This document shows, piece by piece, positions 42,952 to 53,721 of a stretch of DNA of 64,000 nt (position 1 is the first letter of the stretch; each line of letters begins with the position of its first letter). Source of the stretch: a virus; IMG/VR virus record IMGVR_UViG_3300027749_000046. One strand, given 5' to 3'. A program made the translations under genes and the position numbers. The notes beneath the pieces were generated by a model. That model was not told the DNA's origin. It saw only the letters and a program-made list of their open reading frames with translations, and did no database searches.

Positions 42952-44580
42952 TCAACGCATCAGCCAGTTCGCCTGCTCACCCTCTATAATCATGTCTTTA
43001 TCAGGATCAAACCCATCGTCCATGAATCCAAATGGCAGGAGATCTCCCATCATCTCCTCGTCCGTCTTTTCTCTGAGTCTCATGAGTGTATTTATGTCCG
43101 TCAGATCTCTAAAGTAGTTCTGATCTGACATCCATCCGAACAATACCAATGGCATAACTAAGTCATCATGTGCACCTGACTCAGCCTCGTAGCTCTCTCT
43201 TTTCTTAGAGAAAGTGGATAACTCTCGTATGGTCTCGAAGTCGTTTATTATAAGCTGGTTCTGCTCTATAAGCATCTTGAGCATCGAGCAGCCTACCGCC
43301 TTAACTGTCTTGGAAGTCCTGACTCCTCGCTCTTGTCCATGACCACCGAATCCGCTGGATATCTTCTTGCCCCTAGGAGTGTGTTCGGTATAGAGGATGT
43401 TAGGATACTCGAACTCAAACAGGAGGTCTCTCGCGACTTGATCGCCAACGTCATTGAGCTCGACTAGAACACCTGCGTTGTTATAGAGCTTGCATATGTT
43501 GTTCACGACGCTCGCATAGTCCATCGTCGTGATGACATTACTCCTATAGGTGCAGACCTGATTGTAAGGCATGGATGTCACGTCTATGATCTGGAAGCAC
43601 GAGTAGTCAAGTCCCTTACCCTGTGAAACGTCTACTACACAGACGTAGTAGTGTCCCTTCTCTGGCTTTGCGTACTGACTGAGTCCCTCGTGCTGAGCCA
43701 AAGGCATCTGATACGTGAGCTCCTTGAGCTTCCAGCCTGCTATCAGGGTACCGGAAGAACCCATGAACTCGACTTCCATCTCCTGAGCAAACTTCTCAGT
43801 GTCGCCGTTCATACCAGATAGAACTTGCGCCTTCCACTCCTCATTGCGGCCGGGAATGTCGTACCACATGACCTTTATAGGATTGTAGCTATTTCTACCC
43901 TCGACGGCACCTATCCACGTCTTATAGAAGTGGTTCAAGCCGAGAGGCGTAGACACGAGCACCACCTTGGTCGTATTACCTGAAGTGATGGTAGGAAAGA
44001 CCGACGTGAAGAACTCATCCCAGTTCTCGATGTGCGCGGCCTCGTCGATGAAGAGCAGATTGATGGTATAACCACGGATGGCGTCCGCTGACGTAGCGCC
44101 GGCTATAACTCGAGACTGATTCTCGAGCTCGAATGAACCCTTGTTCCACTCGACGACACCCTGCTGCAGCCACTTGGGGAGATGCTGGTAGGCCAGCTGC
44201 ACTCGACCGAGGATCTCTCGAGCGGTGTCTCCTTTGTTGGCGAGAAGTGCCACTGTCTTCTCTGAGTGGAATATGATGTACCACAGTATGAACGCGCATG
44301 TGGTCGTCGACTTGCCGGCCTGTCGAGCGGTCGCTATGATCGTATACCTGTTGTCAGACATCGACTGCAGCATGTTCTTCTGGTAGTCGTACAGGTTGAA
44401 GTTTATCAAACCCTTGTCGACGTTGATGATCTTCATGTACTTCTCGGTGAAGTACACTACGTCCTGAGAGCACTTTAGGTACTCCTGTATTAGATCTGGA
44501 GTCCAGTCGACCGCGATGCCAGTTCTCTTGATGTTCGCGTTGCCGTTGTATCCCTTGTAGTTGGCAATATTGTCAACCAT
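42952..44580 (-). CDS. 17: terminase large subunit gp17
   Basis: RQAGKST, FIDEAA, STP.G, DVSQG.G.DYS, HDDLVM. Confidence 0.98.
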   Translation of the reverse strand: MVDNIANYKGYNGNANIKRTGIAVDWTPDLIQEYLKCSQDVVYFTEKYMKIINVDKGLINFNLYDYQKNMLQSMSDNRYTIIATARQAGKSTTTCAFILWYIIFHSEKTVALLANKGDTAREILGRVQLAYQHLPKWLQQGVVEWNKGSFELENQSRVIAGATSADAIRGYTINLLFIDEAAHIENWDEFFTSVFPTITSGNTTKVVLVSTPLGLNHFYKTWIGAVEGRNSYNPIKVMWYDIPGRNEEWKAQVLSGMNGDTEKFAQEMEVEFMGSSGTLIAGWKLKELTYQMPLAQHEGLSQYAKPEKGHYYVCVVDVSQGKGLDYSCFQIIDVTSMPYNQVCTYRSNVITTMDYASVVNNICKLYNNAGVLVELNDVGDQVARDLLFEFEYPNILYTEHTPRGKKISSGFGGHGQERGVRTSKTVKAVGCSMLKMLIEQNQLIINDFETIRELSTFSKKRESYEAESGAHDDLVMPLVLFGWMSDQNYFRDLTDINTLMRLREKTDEEMMGDLLPFGFMDDGFDPDKDMIIEGEQANWLMR

Positions 44581-44989
44581 TCTTCATGTCCGCTATCATC
44601 TTCTGCAGTTCAGCGGTGCTGCCGACAAACATGTTGTTGTTTATGGTCTTGGCCTGAGAGCCGACTGGTCTGTCGGCATCGTTGAGCTGGCGTATGCTCT
44701 TCTGGATATCCATGAGATCTTTGTTGGCATCGAGTATCGTCTTCATGACGGTGGCCACAACCTCGTAGGCACGGGGATGCTGCGACTGGTCCGCTATCTG
44801 CCCGAGGTTCTGCATTGCCTCCATGCCAGTCTCGATCACCCGATATATGTTTGATCTTGCGTAGTCGAAGTCCTTAGTCGCGCTGTCGTCGTGCGCTTGC
44901 ACCAGCATGTCATGAACTATGCCGTCTTTTACAAGAGGATTCATACCTAGAGCTGAGCTTATGGGATCATTGTTTGCTTGGTCACTCAT
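44573..44989 (-). CDS. 16: terminase small subunit gp16
   Basis: DFDYAR.N, HPRAYEV, FVGSTAELQK. Confidence 0.95.
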   Translation of the reverse strand: MSDQANNDPISSALGMNPLVKDGIVHDMLVQAHDDSATKDFDYARSNIYRVIETGMEAMQNLGQIADQSQHPRAYEVVATVMKTILDANKDLMDIQKSIRQLNDADRPVGSQAKTINNNMFVGSTAELQKMIADMKNG

Positions 44990-45813
44990 TCTATCTCGTT
45001 CACGTTTATTACAAATCCAAAGTCATCGGCTATAGTTATCTGGTCTACTGGTATAGAAAGTGAAGAATTACCGGTAGGCATGCCGTTTGCAGTGAGACCC
45101 GGCTGTATGTGCACGTTATAGTGACTGAGTAGCTGAGTGTTGGCTGACTTGATCTCATCTGTAGTGGCAACGTAGAAGTTCGTGTTCGCGTACTTTATGA
45201 TCTTGCTCGACTTGACTGGACCGTAGATGTATCCCTTGAGAGTGAAGGTGAGAGTCCAAGTCAGACTCCTCCTCGTCTTAAAGCTCTCTTCGTACTGGTC
45301 GTTGAGACGAACTGTATTCAAGATAATCGGTATGTCCATGACTACGTTCATCTCTGGTATCAGCTTAACTGTGCTCGTCCAGTCTGGAGTAAAGAACGGC
45401 AGTATCTGCTCGATGATCTTTGTGCCATCCTCGGCGTTCTTTACCATTATATTTAGCTCAAAGTCTATATTGTATGGTACGGGATTGTACTGATAGCTGA
45501 TGGCATTTGGACTGGCAGAGTTGGCAGTCACAATCTTATTGACAGTAGGGAGCTTCCTGCTTCCATCGTATGATATCGACTTCATCTCGAATGACATGAT
45601 CGGCAGCTGTACTGCGAACTGCCTGTCTATATTAGGGTCTGCTATAACGCGAGCTAGCATCTTGTCTTTTGGACCGTAGGCAAGCGGTACCTTAAGCACG
45701 GAGGTCACACTTCCGGCTTTACTCTTTCTGATGATGTGAACATCATTGAACAGGGTGCCGAATAAGATGACGTACTTGCGTATTGTGTCGAAATAAAATG
45801 TCTGGCCGAACAT
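44986..45813 (-). CDS. 15: tail sheath stabilizer gp15
   Basis: FGTLFND, VPLAYGPK, EQILPFFTP. Confidence 0.95.
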   Translation of the reverse strand: MFGQTFYFDTIRKYVILFGTLFNDVHIIRKSKAGSVTSVLKVPLAYGPKDKMLARVIADPNIDRQFAVQLPIMSFEMKSISYDGSRKLPTVNKIVTANSASPNAISYQYNPVPYNIDFELNIMVKNAEDGTKIIEQILPFFTPDWTSTVKLIPEMNVVMDIPIILNTVRLNDQYEESFKTRRSLTWTLTFTLKGYIYGPVKSSKIIKYANTNFYVATTDEIKSANTQLLSHYNVHIQPGLTANGMPTGNSSLSIPVDQITIADDFGFVINVNEIE

Positions 45814-46547
45814 CAGAATACTCCCATCTCAGAGAAGGGATCTTTCTCAGTGAAGTCGACAAACCCATTCGACTCGGTCTGAACATCGCCTATGACGTCT
45901 ATATTCGCCTGACTAGATGCTCCCTCAAATGTCTCTACGACAAGATAGTCACTGTCTTCTGTCATCAGGTAGTTTCCGTCTTCATCTAGTATCGTCCAGT
46001 CGAGAACATTCTCGCTGAACTTTGTCTGCATGATGTCTATCTCAGGGATGCCGGTGTTGAATACCTCACTCGAGTACTCGAATAACTCGCATGTCATCTC
46101 GTAGGTCTGCAGGGCTCCGAGCTGATAGAACATCTCGAACTTGTTCGTGAACTTGATCTGGAAGCACTTCCTGTTGAGCGGGAAGTATATGAGATCGCCC
46201 TCGTTCGGTCTGATCTGACCTGTTATAGTCTGGATCTCCTCGTTGAACGTCCTCTGCGCGACCGAGAACACCACCTGATCTCTGATCTCAAGACCGAACT
46301 TGCTCATGAAGTTGCCGTCGCCTGAGAACCCGTCGATGGACTTTATATACATGCAGACGAGTATGGCTTTCTCATATCGCGATGAGTCGTCTTCCGTATA
46401 TAGATCGTCTTTATTAGCGATCACGCGAGGAATGTAGTACATGTCCTGCCCATAGATCGAGATGGCCTCCACTACGAGGTCCTCGAGCAGACGCTGCTCC
46501 TGTGAGCTCTGGAAATTATTGAAGAAGAAGCTCGACATGCCTGCCAT
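45813..46547 (-). CDS. 14: neck protein gp14
   Basis: G.DMYYIPR, SKFGLEIRD, PNEGDLIYFP, FYQLG. Confidence 0.95.
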   Translation of the reverse strand: MAGMSSFFFNNFQSSQEQRLLEDLVVEAISIYGQDMYYIPRVIANKDDLYTEDDSSRYEKAILVCMYIKSIDGFSGDGNFMSKFGLEIRDQVVFSVAQRTFNEEIQTITGQIRPNEGDLIYFPLNRKCFQIKFTNKFEMFYQLGALQTYEMTCELFEYSSEVFNTGIPEIDIMQTKFSENVLDWTILDEDGNYLMTEDSDYLVVETFEGASSQANIDVIGDVQTESNGFVDFTEKDPFSEMGVF

Positions 46548-46548
46548 G

Positions 46549-47289
46549 TTAATATATCATGTCGCTGACTGGAATGCTGTAGCTCTCGATCATCTCTTTC
46601 TCAAGCGCGGCTCTCTCTTGAACCGCCTCGTTGTAGATCTGCTGGCCGTTGAACGTCATGCCACCCGGTAGCTGCATTCCCTGGTACTTCTTGATGTTCT
46701 CTCCCCACTGCTGCTTTATCAGGCACGTGGCGTACCTAGCGAGCCAGCGATCGCCCCAGGTCTTGGTGTATACGTCTGGATCGATCACCTGATAGGCCTC
46801 GACGATGAGGTAGTTACCTACACTCAGCTTTCCCCAGTCCATGTCGATGTATAGCTTATTGACGTGTCGATTATAGCGGATAGGCTGCTTGCCGACGAGA
46901 ATCTGCTCTAGAAACTGAATGTGCGTCAATGCCATGACGTACGGTACCATCGACACGGATGTCAGAGTGTACAAGTCGTTGAGGGCGATCTGATAGCGGA
47001 TGTTGAACAGGTTGTTGGTGTTGAGAGAAGCGCCGACGTCAAAGATGTTTATCACGCCGATGATGTTGTCCGGCATCGTGATGTACTTGTTGTCTATGTC
47101 GGTCTGAGTTACAGGCCACTTGTAGTAAGTCTTATCGGTACCGTCGAAGTGATAGTCTGCAAAGTACAGGAGTGCCTCAGAGATGCGGTCGTCTACCTGA
47201 TCGTCGTCGACGTTGATCTCGATGACGGGCTTACCCAGCTTGCGCAGGCAGTACTGCTTGAATGATTCTCTACTGGTAGGTATAGCCAT
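46549..47289 (-). CDS. 13: neck protein gp13
   Basis: YCLRKLG.PVIEINV, KQQWGEN..KY, LPGG; TATAAATA 47310-47317. Confidence 0.95.
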   Translation of the reverse strand: MAIPTSRESFKQYCLRKLGKPVIEINVDDDQVDDRISEALLYFADYHFDGTDKTYYKWPVTQTDIDNKYITMPDNIIGVINIFDVGASLNTNNLFNIRYQIALNDLYTLTSVSMVPYVMALTHIQFLEQILVGKQPIRYNRHVNKLYIDMDWGKLSVGNYLIVEAYQVIDPDVYTKTWGDRWLARYATCLIKQQWGENIKKYQGMQLPGGMTFNGQQIYNEAVQERAALEKEMIESYSIPVSDMIY

Positions 47290-47319
47290 AAGTAACTCCT
47301 GTTTATCAGTATTTATAAG

Positions 47320-48894
47320 TTACTTGATAACATACACGCGAACTTCGCCGCGAGATCCTGGTTGATTAGTAATGCCGCAGCCGCCGCCGCCTGGAGTACT
47401 AGAACCCGTAGTGCCATTGGCACCGTATCCGCCAAATATAGAAATACCAACGCCTGCGGTTGTTGTGCCCATGCCGCCGCCGCCGCCAAAGACAGAATTT
47501 CCAGCAGCTCCTGTCATAGCCGCACCTCCGGCTCCACCAAATATAGATGTTCCACCATTGCCGGCAACACCTCCGCTGGTACCGCCGCCGCCACCACCAC
47601 CGAACGTGCTAATACCTCCAGCAGTACCAGAAGCACCGCCAAGTGGTCCTCCAGCTGTTCCGCGGCCGCCGTTGTTAAATGTACCGCCCCCTCCGCCGCC
47701 AAGTCCAGTACTGCCTGCTCCGCCGCCTCCGTACGCTAATAAAGTTCCAAAGCTAGAATTACTCCCGTTTGCTCCAGCCGTGCCGCCTGATCCAACTGTC
47801 ACACTAGCAGAAGTTGCTATAGAGCTGTTAGACAATAGAAACATTCCCTGTTCATATCCACCGCCACCACCACCTGAGTTATTAGTCGAGTTATTTCCAC
47901 CACCGCCGCCACCCCACATCATTACAAACACTGTTTCATTTCCAGATAAAAACGGCCGTATAAAGTTATTCGTGTCATTTAACGGATTAATCCAAGTTTG
48001 CGTAGTGGTTGAATCCGTAAAGATCTGAGTATTGACTATGGCACCTAGAGGAACAGATGCTCCTGGAAAGCCAATTCCATTCCAAGTAACACCGCTTAGA
48101 GTGAGAGATGGAACAGATATGCCATAGGGAGTTATGATGCTGGTATTACCGGTGTTAAACGTGTTAGAATTTACGTTGACTGTTCCGTATGTGCCAGTGC
48201 CAACTCTAATGGTCGTTGTATCACTGAATGCAAAGTTAGAAAAATCAGAAGTAAAAGTACTAGACCCAGGAGGCGCGTACGAGAATGTAAACCCACTTCC
48301 GCTAAACTCACAATTCATTATAATTCTTATTCCATAGTACTGACCCGCAACAAGATTAGCTGTAGCTATATTTGGTCCAGCACTTGAGTTGATGTTTAAG
48401 TTCGAGTACAAAGCATTGGCACTTTGAAGATACTGGTTAGTGCTGTTAGCAATGCCTAGACCGGCATTTGCTCCTAAAAATATACCTATTAAGTTATAAG
48501 CATAACTTGCGTCTGTAGACAGATTAAAAGACCACTGACCTGTTGTTCTCGGCAGCAAGTATCCAGTCCACATATAAGAAGTTGAAATCTGTACTCCATC
48601 AAGAGTATCAGAGCTATTATTCAAGCTTCTGAAGTCAAAATAAGTGGTATAACCTATGTTATTAGCATAGTAGTTGCTGTCGAAGATATGATTTATATTT
48701 CCATCCCCATACCAGCCGATACCTTGCTGTGCGTACTCTGTGAATAAAAGACCATTACTGAGAGGGCCAGAAGCGACCACAGACGGGCCAATAGACGTAT
48801 TATTAGTATTAGCTATAGTCAAGCCATTAAAAGATAAGCTTGAAGAAGTTATGACAGAGTTAGATATATTTGCATTGGCTACTATTAATTGCAT
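47320..48894 (-). CDS. Gly-rich fibre/spike protein with PA14/GLEYA-like lectin domain
   Basis: WTGYLLP..TGQWSF.LSTD, LVAGQYYGIRI; WGGGGGG domain ending RGEVRV. Confidence 0.75.
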   Translation of the reverse strand: MQLIVANANISNSVITSSSLSFNGLTIANTNNTSIGPSVVASGPLSNGLLFTEYAQQGIGWYGDGNINHIFDSNYYANNIGYTTYFDFRSLNNSSDTLDGVQISTSYMWTGYLLPRTTGQWSFNLSTDASYAYNLIGIFLGANAGLGIANSTNQYLQSANALYSNLNINSSAGPNIATANLVAGQYYGIRIIMNCEFSGSGFTFSYAPPGSSTFTSDFSNFAFSDTTTIRVGTGTYGTVNVNSNTFNTGNTSIITPYGISVPSLTLSGVTWNGIGFPGASVPLGAIVNTQIFTDSTTTQTWINPLNDTNNFIRPFLSGNETVFVMMWGGGGGGNNSTNNSGGGGGGYEQGMFLLSNSSIATSASVTVGSGGTAGANGSNSSFGTLLAYGGGGAGSTGLGGGGGGTFNNGGRGTAGGPLGGASGTAGGISTFGGGGGGGTSGGVAGNGGTSIFGGAGGAAMTGAAGNSVFGGGGGMGTTTAGVGISIFGGYGANGTTGSSTPGGGGCGITNQPGSRGEVRVYVIK

Positions 48895-48898
48895 CTTA

Positions 48899-50467
48899 TT
48901 ATCCTACGTGTGTTATCCATACTCTGACCTCGCCGCGCGCACCTGCGCTATATGTGCTGACACCAGTGCCGCCTCCACCTGGAATACCTGCAAGTTGAGA
49001 CGTATTAGCGCCCTTTCCTCCAAAAGTCGAAGTAGTAACAGCAAGAGCGCCTGTACCACCGCCTCCACCGTATATACTAGATCCGCCGGCATTGACACCA
49101 GTGCCGCCTCCGCCTCCTCCGTATACAGACCAACCGGCTGCGGTCGTATTATTAGATCCAGCGCCGCCGCCGAATGTAGAATTTGAAGAAGTGCTATTAC
49201 CTCCTAGGGGACTTCCTCCAGTAACAACAGTGCTGTTACCTATTGCGCCCGCTGAAAAAGTACCGCCTCCAGATCCACCCGAAGATCCTGTGGTAGAATT
49301 TGCAAATCCACCGCCGCCGCCATATGCTGTGATAGAGAAAGTAGTGTTTGCATAGAAGATAGAGTTACCGCCAATACCTCCGTTTGCACCTGTAGTGCCT
49401 GCTGCCCCGCCTAGTCCCACTACAACGTTACAAGTGGCATTGCACTGGCTAGCTAGAAGATTAACCACAGTGCATCCGCCACCGCCGCCGCCGTTGTTTA
49501 TGGTATTAGCAGACCCGCCACCACCACCACCCCACATCATTATTGTGATCAAGTCGCCGCTCGTCGTATTAGCTGGTTTAGTCCAAGTTCCATTCGCCGT
49601 GAACACCTGGTAGTTCGATGTATTACCAAGAGGTGCAGAGGGGAAAGACGTGTAGTTCGTTCCGTTGATAGTTATGCTGTTTGTTGATAGTCCGCTGGAA
49701 TTTATAACAGAATTGCCAGCTGCTATAGAAGTGCTATTAATAACAACGTTGCCTACTGATATATTTTGATACGTCGTAATAGAAAGTGTCGGAGTATAAC
49801 TTGACGGAGAAGTTCCAATTTCTAGCTGTGGACCCCAGATATACATTCCTGAAGTTCCATCGCCGGTGTATGTCTGATAAATTCCAGATACATCTGTTAA
49901 GTAGTACGAGAATACTAAATTCTGCTGGTTACTAACAGTAAACGGAACATAGACTCTATACCAACCGTTTCCAACATAAGTTGTATTTCCAAAGTAATTG
50001 CCGATAGCTGAACCATATGAAGTAGTAGTATAATACGCTCCGTTATTGAGAAGATCAAAATTATATCCAAGGCCATCAGTATAAGATATATCTTCGCACA
50101 TAAGTTCCGCATAGCGCTTCTCTGCTGCCTTAAAGTACATGCTGAAGCAGATAGGAGTTGTGCCTGGCCAGCTTGGAAATGAAGATTGAGATACAGGGTT
50201 ATTATAGTAAGATATATTGTGCCTGCTGTAGCTCGTGTCTTCTGTCAATTTATAGGCGGTGAGAGTTCCATCGGGAGCGATAGTCGCGTTGGCTGTTAAT
50301 GTAACACCAGTTTGATTCCATGCTGCGCCGCTGAATGTCTTACTATATAAAAATCTATTCTCTCCGCCGCCTGCAGATATGGTCTGAGTGCTCGTAGTAT
50401 TACCTATTACGAGAGTATTGGCTTGTATAGAACCGACATATACAGTCGTGGCATTTACCTGTGACAT
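48899..50467 (-). CDS. Gly-rich fibre/spike protein with CBM-like domain
   Basis: N.FLYS..F...W, APDGTLTAYKL.E, GWYRV, WGPQLE.G..PSSY; RGEVRV end. Confidence 0.75.
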   Translation of the reverse strand: MSQVNATTVYVGSIQANTLVIGNTTSTQTISAGGGENRFLYSKTFSGAAWNQTGVTLTANATIAPDGTLTAYKLTEDTSYSRHNISYYNNPVSQSSFPSWPGTTPICFSMYFKAAEKRYAELMCEDISYTDGLGYNFDLLNNGAYYTTTSYGSAIGNYFGNTTYVGNGWYRVYVPFTVSNQQNLVFSYYLTDVSGIYQTYTGDGTSGMYIWGPQLEIGTSPSSYTPTLSITTYQNISVGNVVINSTSIAAGNSVINSSGLSTNSITINGTNYTSFPSAPLGNTSNYQVFTANGTWTKPANTTSGDLITIMMWGGGGGGSANTINNGGGGGGCTVVNLLASQCNATCNVVVGLGGAAGTTGANGGIGGNSIFYANTTFSITAYGGGGGFANSTTGSSGGSGGGTFSAGAIGNSTVVTGGSPLGGNSTSSNSTFGGGAGSNNTTAAGWSVYGGGGGGTGVNAGGSSIYGGGGGTGALAVTTSTFGGKGANTSQLAGIPGGGGTGVSTYSAGARGEVRVWITHVG

Positions 50468-51516
50468 TAGTAGAGCTTCCTTAGTGTGTAGACACGAACT
50501 TCACCGCGTGCCCCGGTCGTGTTTGTCAATCCCGAACCTCCACCCCCAGGAACTGCAGCAGCCACCGAAGAATTTGCGCCAGATCCACCATAGATTGATT
50601 GGCCGCCGGTACCAGTAGTTCCCGCTCCACCGCCGCCTCCATATATAGATTGGCCGCCGGCGCCAGTAGTACCAGATCCACCTCCACCGCCATAAACTGA
50701 ACCACCGGCTGCAGTTGCAGAAATTGTACCGCCGCCCCCACCAAATGTTGAATTATTAGACGCCGCAGAACCACCGACTGCGCCAAGAGGACCGCCACCG
50801 GTATTAGCAGTGCCCGCACTACTCCAGCCGCCACCACCGCCGCCTACAGTAGTATTCGCTGCGCCGCCACCGTATGCAGTTAGTAGATTGCCGATGATGT
50901 CAGAAATAGAGCTATTACCACCAGCGATACCAGCAGTGCCGCCGCCCCCAACAACTACGTTAGCAGTGTAACCAGCACCCGCGCCACCAAGACCCGGACC
51001 TTGATCGCCATAGATACCATATACCATAGCACCGCCACCACCGCCAAAACCAGTAGTTGTATTACCACCAGCCCCTCCGCCCCACATGTAGACAAAGTAC
51101 AACTCGTGGCCCGTATTAGCCCAAGCCGGCCTCGTCCATTGTCCATTCGCGGTGAATATCTGTGTGTTGACCAACTCAGTTGTAAAGCTGAAATTAGTCA
51201 ATAAAGAATTAGCCCCTATTCCATTCGCGGTGAATAGATGTCCTCCGCTGTTATAGCGATTATATGCGTTTGAGGCATAGTAAGAAGCAGCGTTTGTATA
51301 TCCGCCGACGTAGATAGATGGAGTCACTATAGTGGAAGACAAGATAACATTGGAAGTAGAATTACCGACTACTATCGAAGTAGTATTCGTTGTTATATTG
51401 TTAGATATAGGAATATACGAAGTAGAATTAATTGTGAGATTAGAAATACCCCCTAACACCAGAGTATTTGCGTTTAGATATGTTACAGTCAGAGTTGATA
51501 GCTGAAGTGTCGACAT
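50467..51516 (-). CDS. Gly-rich fibre/spike protein
   Basis: QIFTANG.WT.P, MWGGGAGG, RGEVRV end; paralog of the two downstream genes. Confidence 0.75.
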   Translation of the reverse strand: MSTLQLSTLTVTYLNANTLVLGGISNLTINSTSYIPISNNITTNTTSIVVGNSTSNVILSSTIVTPSIYVGGYTNAASYYASNAYNRYNSGGHLFTANGIGANSLLTNFSFTTELVNTQIFTANGQWTRPAWANTGHELYFVYMWGGGAGGNTTTGFGGGGGAMVYGIYGDQGPGLGGAGAGYTANVVVGGGGTAGIAGGNSSISDIIGNLLTAYGGGAANTTVGGGGGGWSSAGTANTGGGPLGAVGGSAASNNSTFGGGGGTISATAAGGSVYGGGGGSGTTGAGGQSIYGGGGGAGTTGTGGQSIYGGSGANSSVAAAVPGGGGSGLTNTTGARGEVRVYTLRKLY

Positions 51517-51519
51517 TCT

Positions 51520-52227
51520 TTATCCCGTCTTATATTCGAATATACCAGTATTTATAGGTTTGATACCAGTTAAGATCTCTACTAAAGCGCCTTGAGTTCC
51601 CGCATGGTTGAATGGAACTGCTGGATCGCACCAGATATCTAGACCGGACTCGATAGCTCGCTTGCAGAACACGTAGTCCTCACCCCAGAACTCACCGTCT
51701 ATCAGCTCGGTGTTGAAGAATGCATACCCGTCTTCTATCTCTCCTAGTATGTTCACCACGCTGTAGTAGAGCTTGGAGTGGAACTCCTGCATCTTCTCTA
51801 CTGCAGATCTCGTCATCATGAGAAATCCAGCCGGCACCCCTAGCATCTTGAGCAGGTTGCCCTCGGACTCTATCGCTCCATTCTCTATCGTCTTCGGTAT
51901 GAACAGGAACTTCTTTCCCACGTCGGCGTTCGTTCTAGCCGGATACACGCCCGCCACTATGTCCCTATCATAATTCAGAAACTTGAGAGGCGCCTCTGGA
52001 TGCCAGGCTAAGTCGCTGTCGATGCAAAGCAAGTGAGTGCAGTCGGACTCGACAAATGCTTGAACTATCTCGTTGCGCTCTCTGGCGAGTATAGAGCCGG
52101 TCGTAGGAAGCAGGAGCTCCGTCTTTACTTTTGCTTGGTCTAGTATATAGAGGCTTCGAGTTAGAGATAGAACATATGCGTTGTCAACTTTACCGTGGTG
52201 GCATGGCGTTGCGATCATAAGCTTCAT
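51520..52227 (-). CDS. GT-A glycosyltransferase-like protein within fibre cluster
   Basis: IATPC, SILARERN, IDSD, AGFLMM, GEDYVFC, HAG; paralog of 17370..18224. Confidence 0.8.
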   Translation of the reverse strand: MKLMIATPCHHGKVDNAYVLSLTRSLYILDQAKVKTELLLPTTGSILARERNEIVQAFVESDCTHLLCIDSDLAWHPEAPLKFLNYDRDIVAGVYPARTNADVGKKFLFIPKTIENGAIESEGNLLKMLGVPAGFLMMTRSAVEKMQEFHSKLYYSVVNILGEIEDGYAFFNTELIDGEFWGEDYVFCKRAIESGLDIWCDPAVPFNHAGTQGALVEILTGIKPINTGIFEYKTG

Positions 52228-52242
52228 AATATAAGTTCTCCA

Positions 52243-53721
52243 TCATGTCTTTATGTATATGTATGTGTTTCCATAGTTAGCAGTCGCAGTGTCATAAACT
52301 GGAATCCCTCTAGCTGTGCCGTAGTACTCTTCTAAGAAAGGCGGCGTGATGAACTGCGTGTTGGAGTTATAAGGTATAACTTTGCTATAGATAGTATTGC
52401 CTAACCCCTGCGAAGAGCCTCCAACTACCACATATACGTTGTTACCATATGAGATATTTAAAGCTCCCCATGAACCTAAACCACCATAACCACTACCGCT
52501 GCTAACAACTCCGCACGCTTTAGTAAGTATAGAAGACGAGATATTTGTCCACGTTATGCCGTCTGTAGACGTCTGTGTGCTGCTCATTCCGCCGCCGCCA
52601 TATGATGGACCTAAGCCGCCGATGGACTGTGCGCCAAGAGCAAAGAATCTACCGTTCACGAACTTTATGGTGCTTATGCCTGTATAGCTATTTGCCGTCT
52701 GTCGCGCAGTCCAGTTAACACCGTCTGTTGATGTCTGTACCCATCCTCTACTGTAATAAAGACTTGCGTCAAGAACAAACGTACCATTTCCATAATCGCC
52801 AGTGTAGTGTGTATTATTATTAGCAATATAAGCATAATCACCGTCAAATGCTCCGGTTCTAGTAGTCCAAGTAATAAGATCCGTGCTAGTTGATATGCTT
52901 GGTCTTCCAACGCTATTAGCGCTGGCGCAAACATACACGCCATTTCCATACATCAAGGCACCGTAGACCCAGCTATTAGAAATCGTGAAAGGTATAGTAT
53001 ACGCGCTACTCCAAGTTGTTCCGTCTGTAGACTTAATGGTATTGGCAGACGACCCCGACGTCGTTCCATTTAGATATGAACTTACAACGAATGTATTATT
53101 AACTATATAAACTTGACCTGTGTTTCCAGTTCCTAAAGTTATTCCTGCTGCGGTGTACGCTGATGAAGTTGCATTAGACCAAGTAATAGCGTCTGTAGAA
53201 TTATATACGTTTAGACCAACATCAGAGTATACGAACTTGCCGTTTCCGTACGCTATTGCCGTGCCGCTGTATCCTACCGGATAAACTGCGCTTTGCGTCC
53301 ATGTTATACCATCGGTTGATCTTAAGTATAATGAATTGCCTCCAATTATTGTAGCTACAAAAACGCCGTTTCCGTATACGATACAGTTCGCCCCATACAC
53401 AGATGGGTTGGGGACTGTCCCCGATGAAAATGGATTAGATACCCATGAGTTTGAAGAAGAGACAATTGTGGAGAGATTTGGATAGTCGACACTATTATAC
53501 GGGGTGTTGCTCACTGATATATATCCAGCAGGCGCGGTACTGTTTGCGCTTAGAAGATAAGTACCCGTAGAGTTGTACTGAGAAGATGAAGCCGCGCTCA
53601 CGAGAGACTGAGTGTTCGTGGCAATTCCGTTTGCAGTTATGGTCACACTATTATTCGAGAAGTTCACGCCGTTGACGCTACCGCTGTCAAAGTAGATTGA
53701 GTTGGTCTGAAGTATCGACAT
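52243..53721 (-). CDS. BNR/Asp-box beta-propeller receptor-binding protein 1
   Basis: repeated STDGITW and YGNG.FV. Confidence 0.75.
   Translation of the reverse strand: MSILQTNSIYFDSGSVNGVNFSNNSVTITANGIATNTQSLVSAASSSQYNSTGTYLLSANSTAPAGYISVSNTPYNSVDYPNLSTIVSSSNSWVSNPFSSGTVPNPSVYGANCIVYGNGVFVATIIGGNSLYLRSTDGITWTQSAVYPVGYSGTAIAYGNGKFVYSDVGLNVYNSTDAITWSNATSSAYTAAGITLGTGNTGQVYIVNNTFVVSSYLNGTTSGSSANTIKSTDGTTWSSAYTIPFTISNSWVYGALMYGNGVYVCASANSVGRPSISTSTDLITWTTRTGAFDGDYAYIANNNTHYTGDYGNGTFVLDASLYYSRGWVQTSTDGVNWTARQTANSYTGISTIKFVNGRFFALGAQSIGGLGPSYGGGGMSSTQTSTDGITWTNISSSILTKACGVVSSGSGYGGLGSWGALNISYGNNVYVVVGGSSQGLGNTIYSKVIPYNSNTQFITPPFLEEYYGTARGIPVYDTATANYGNTYIYIKT

Noticed and set aside
25572-47289. 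Introns, inteins or homing endonucleases in core genes
   Set aside because: Genes 46, 47, uvsW, 23, 20, 18 and 17 are uninterrupted and of expected size; no LAGLIDADG, HNH or GIY-YIG motifs seen
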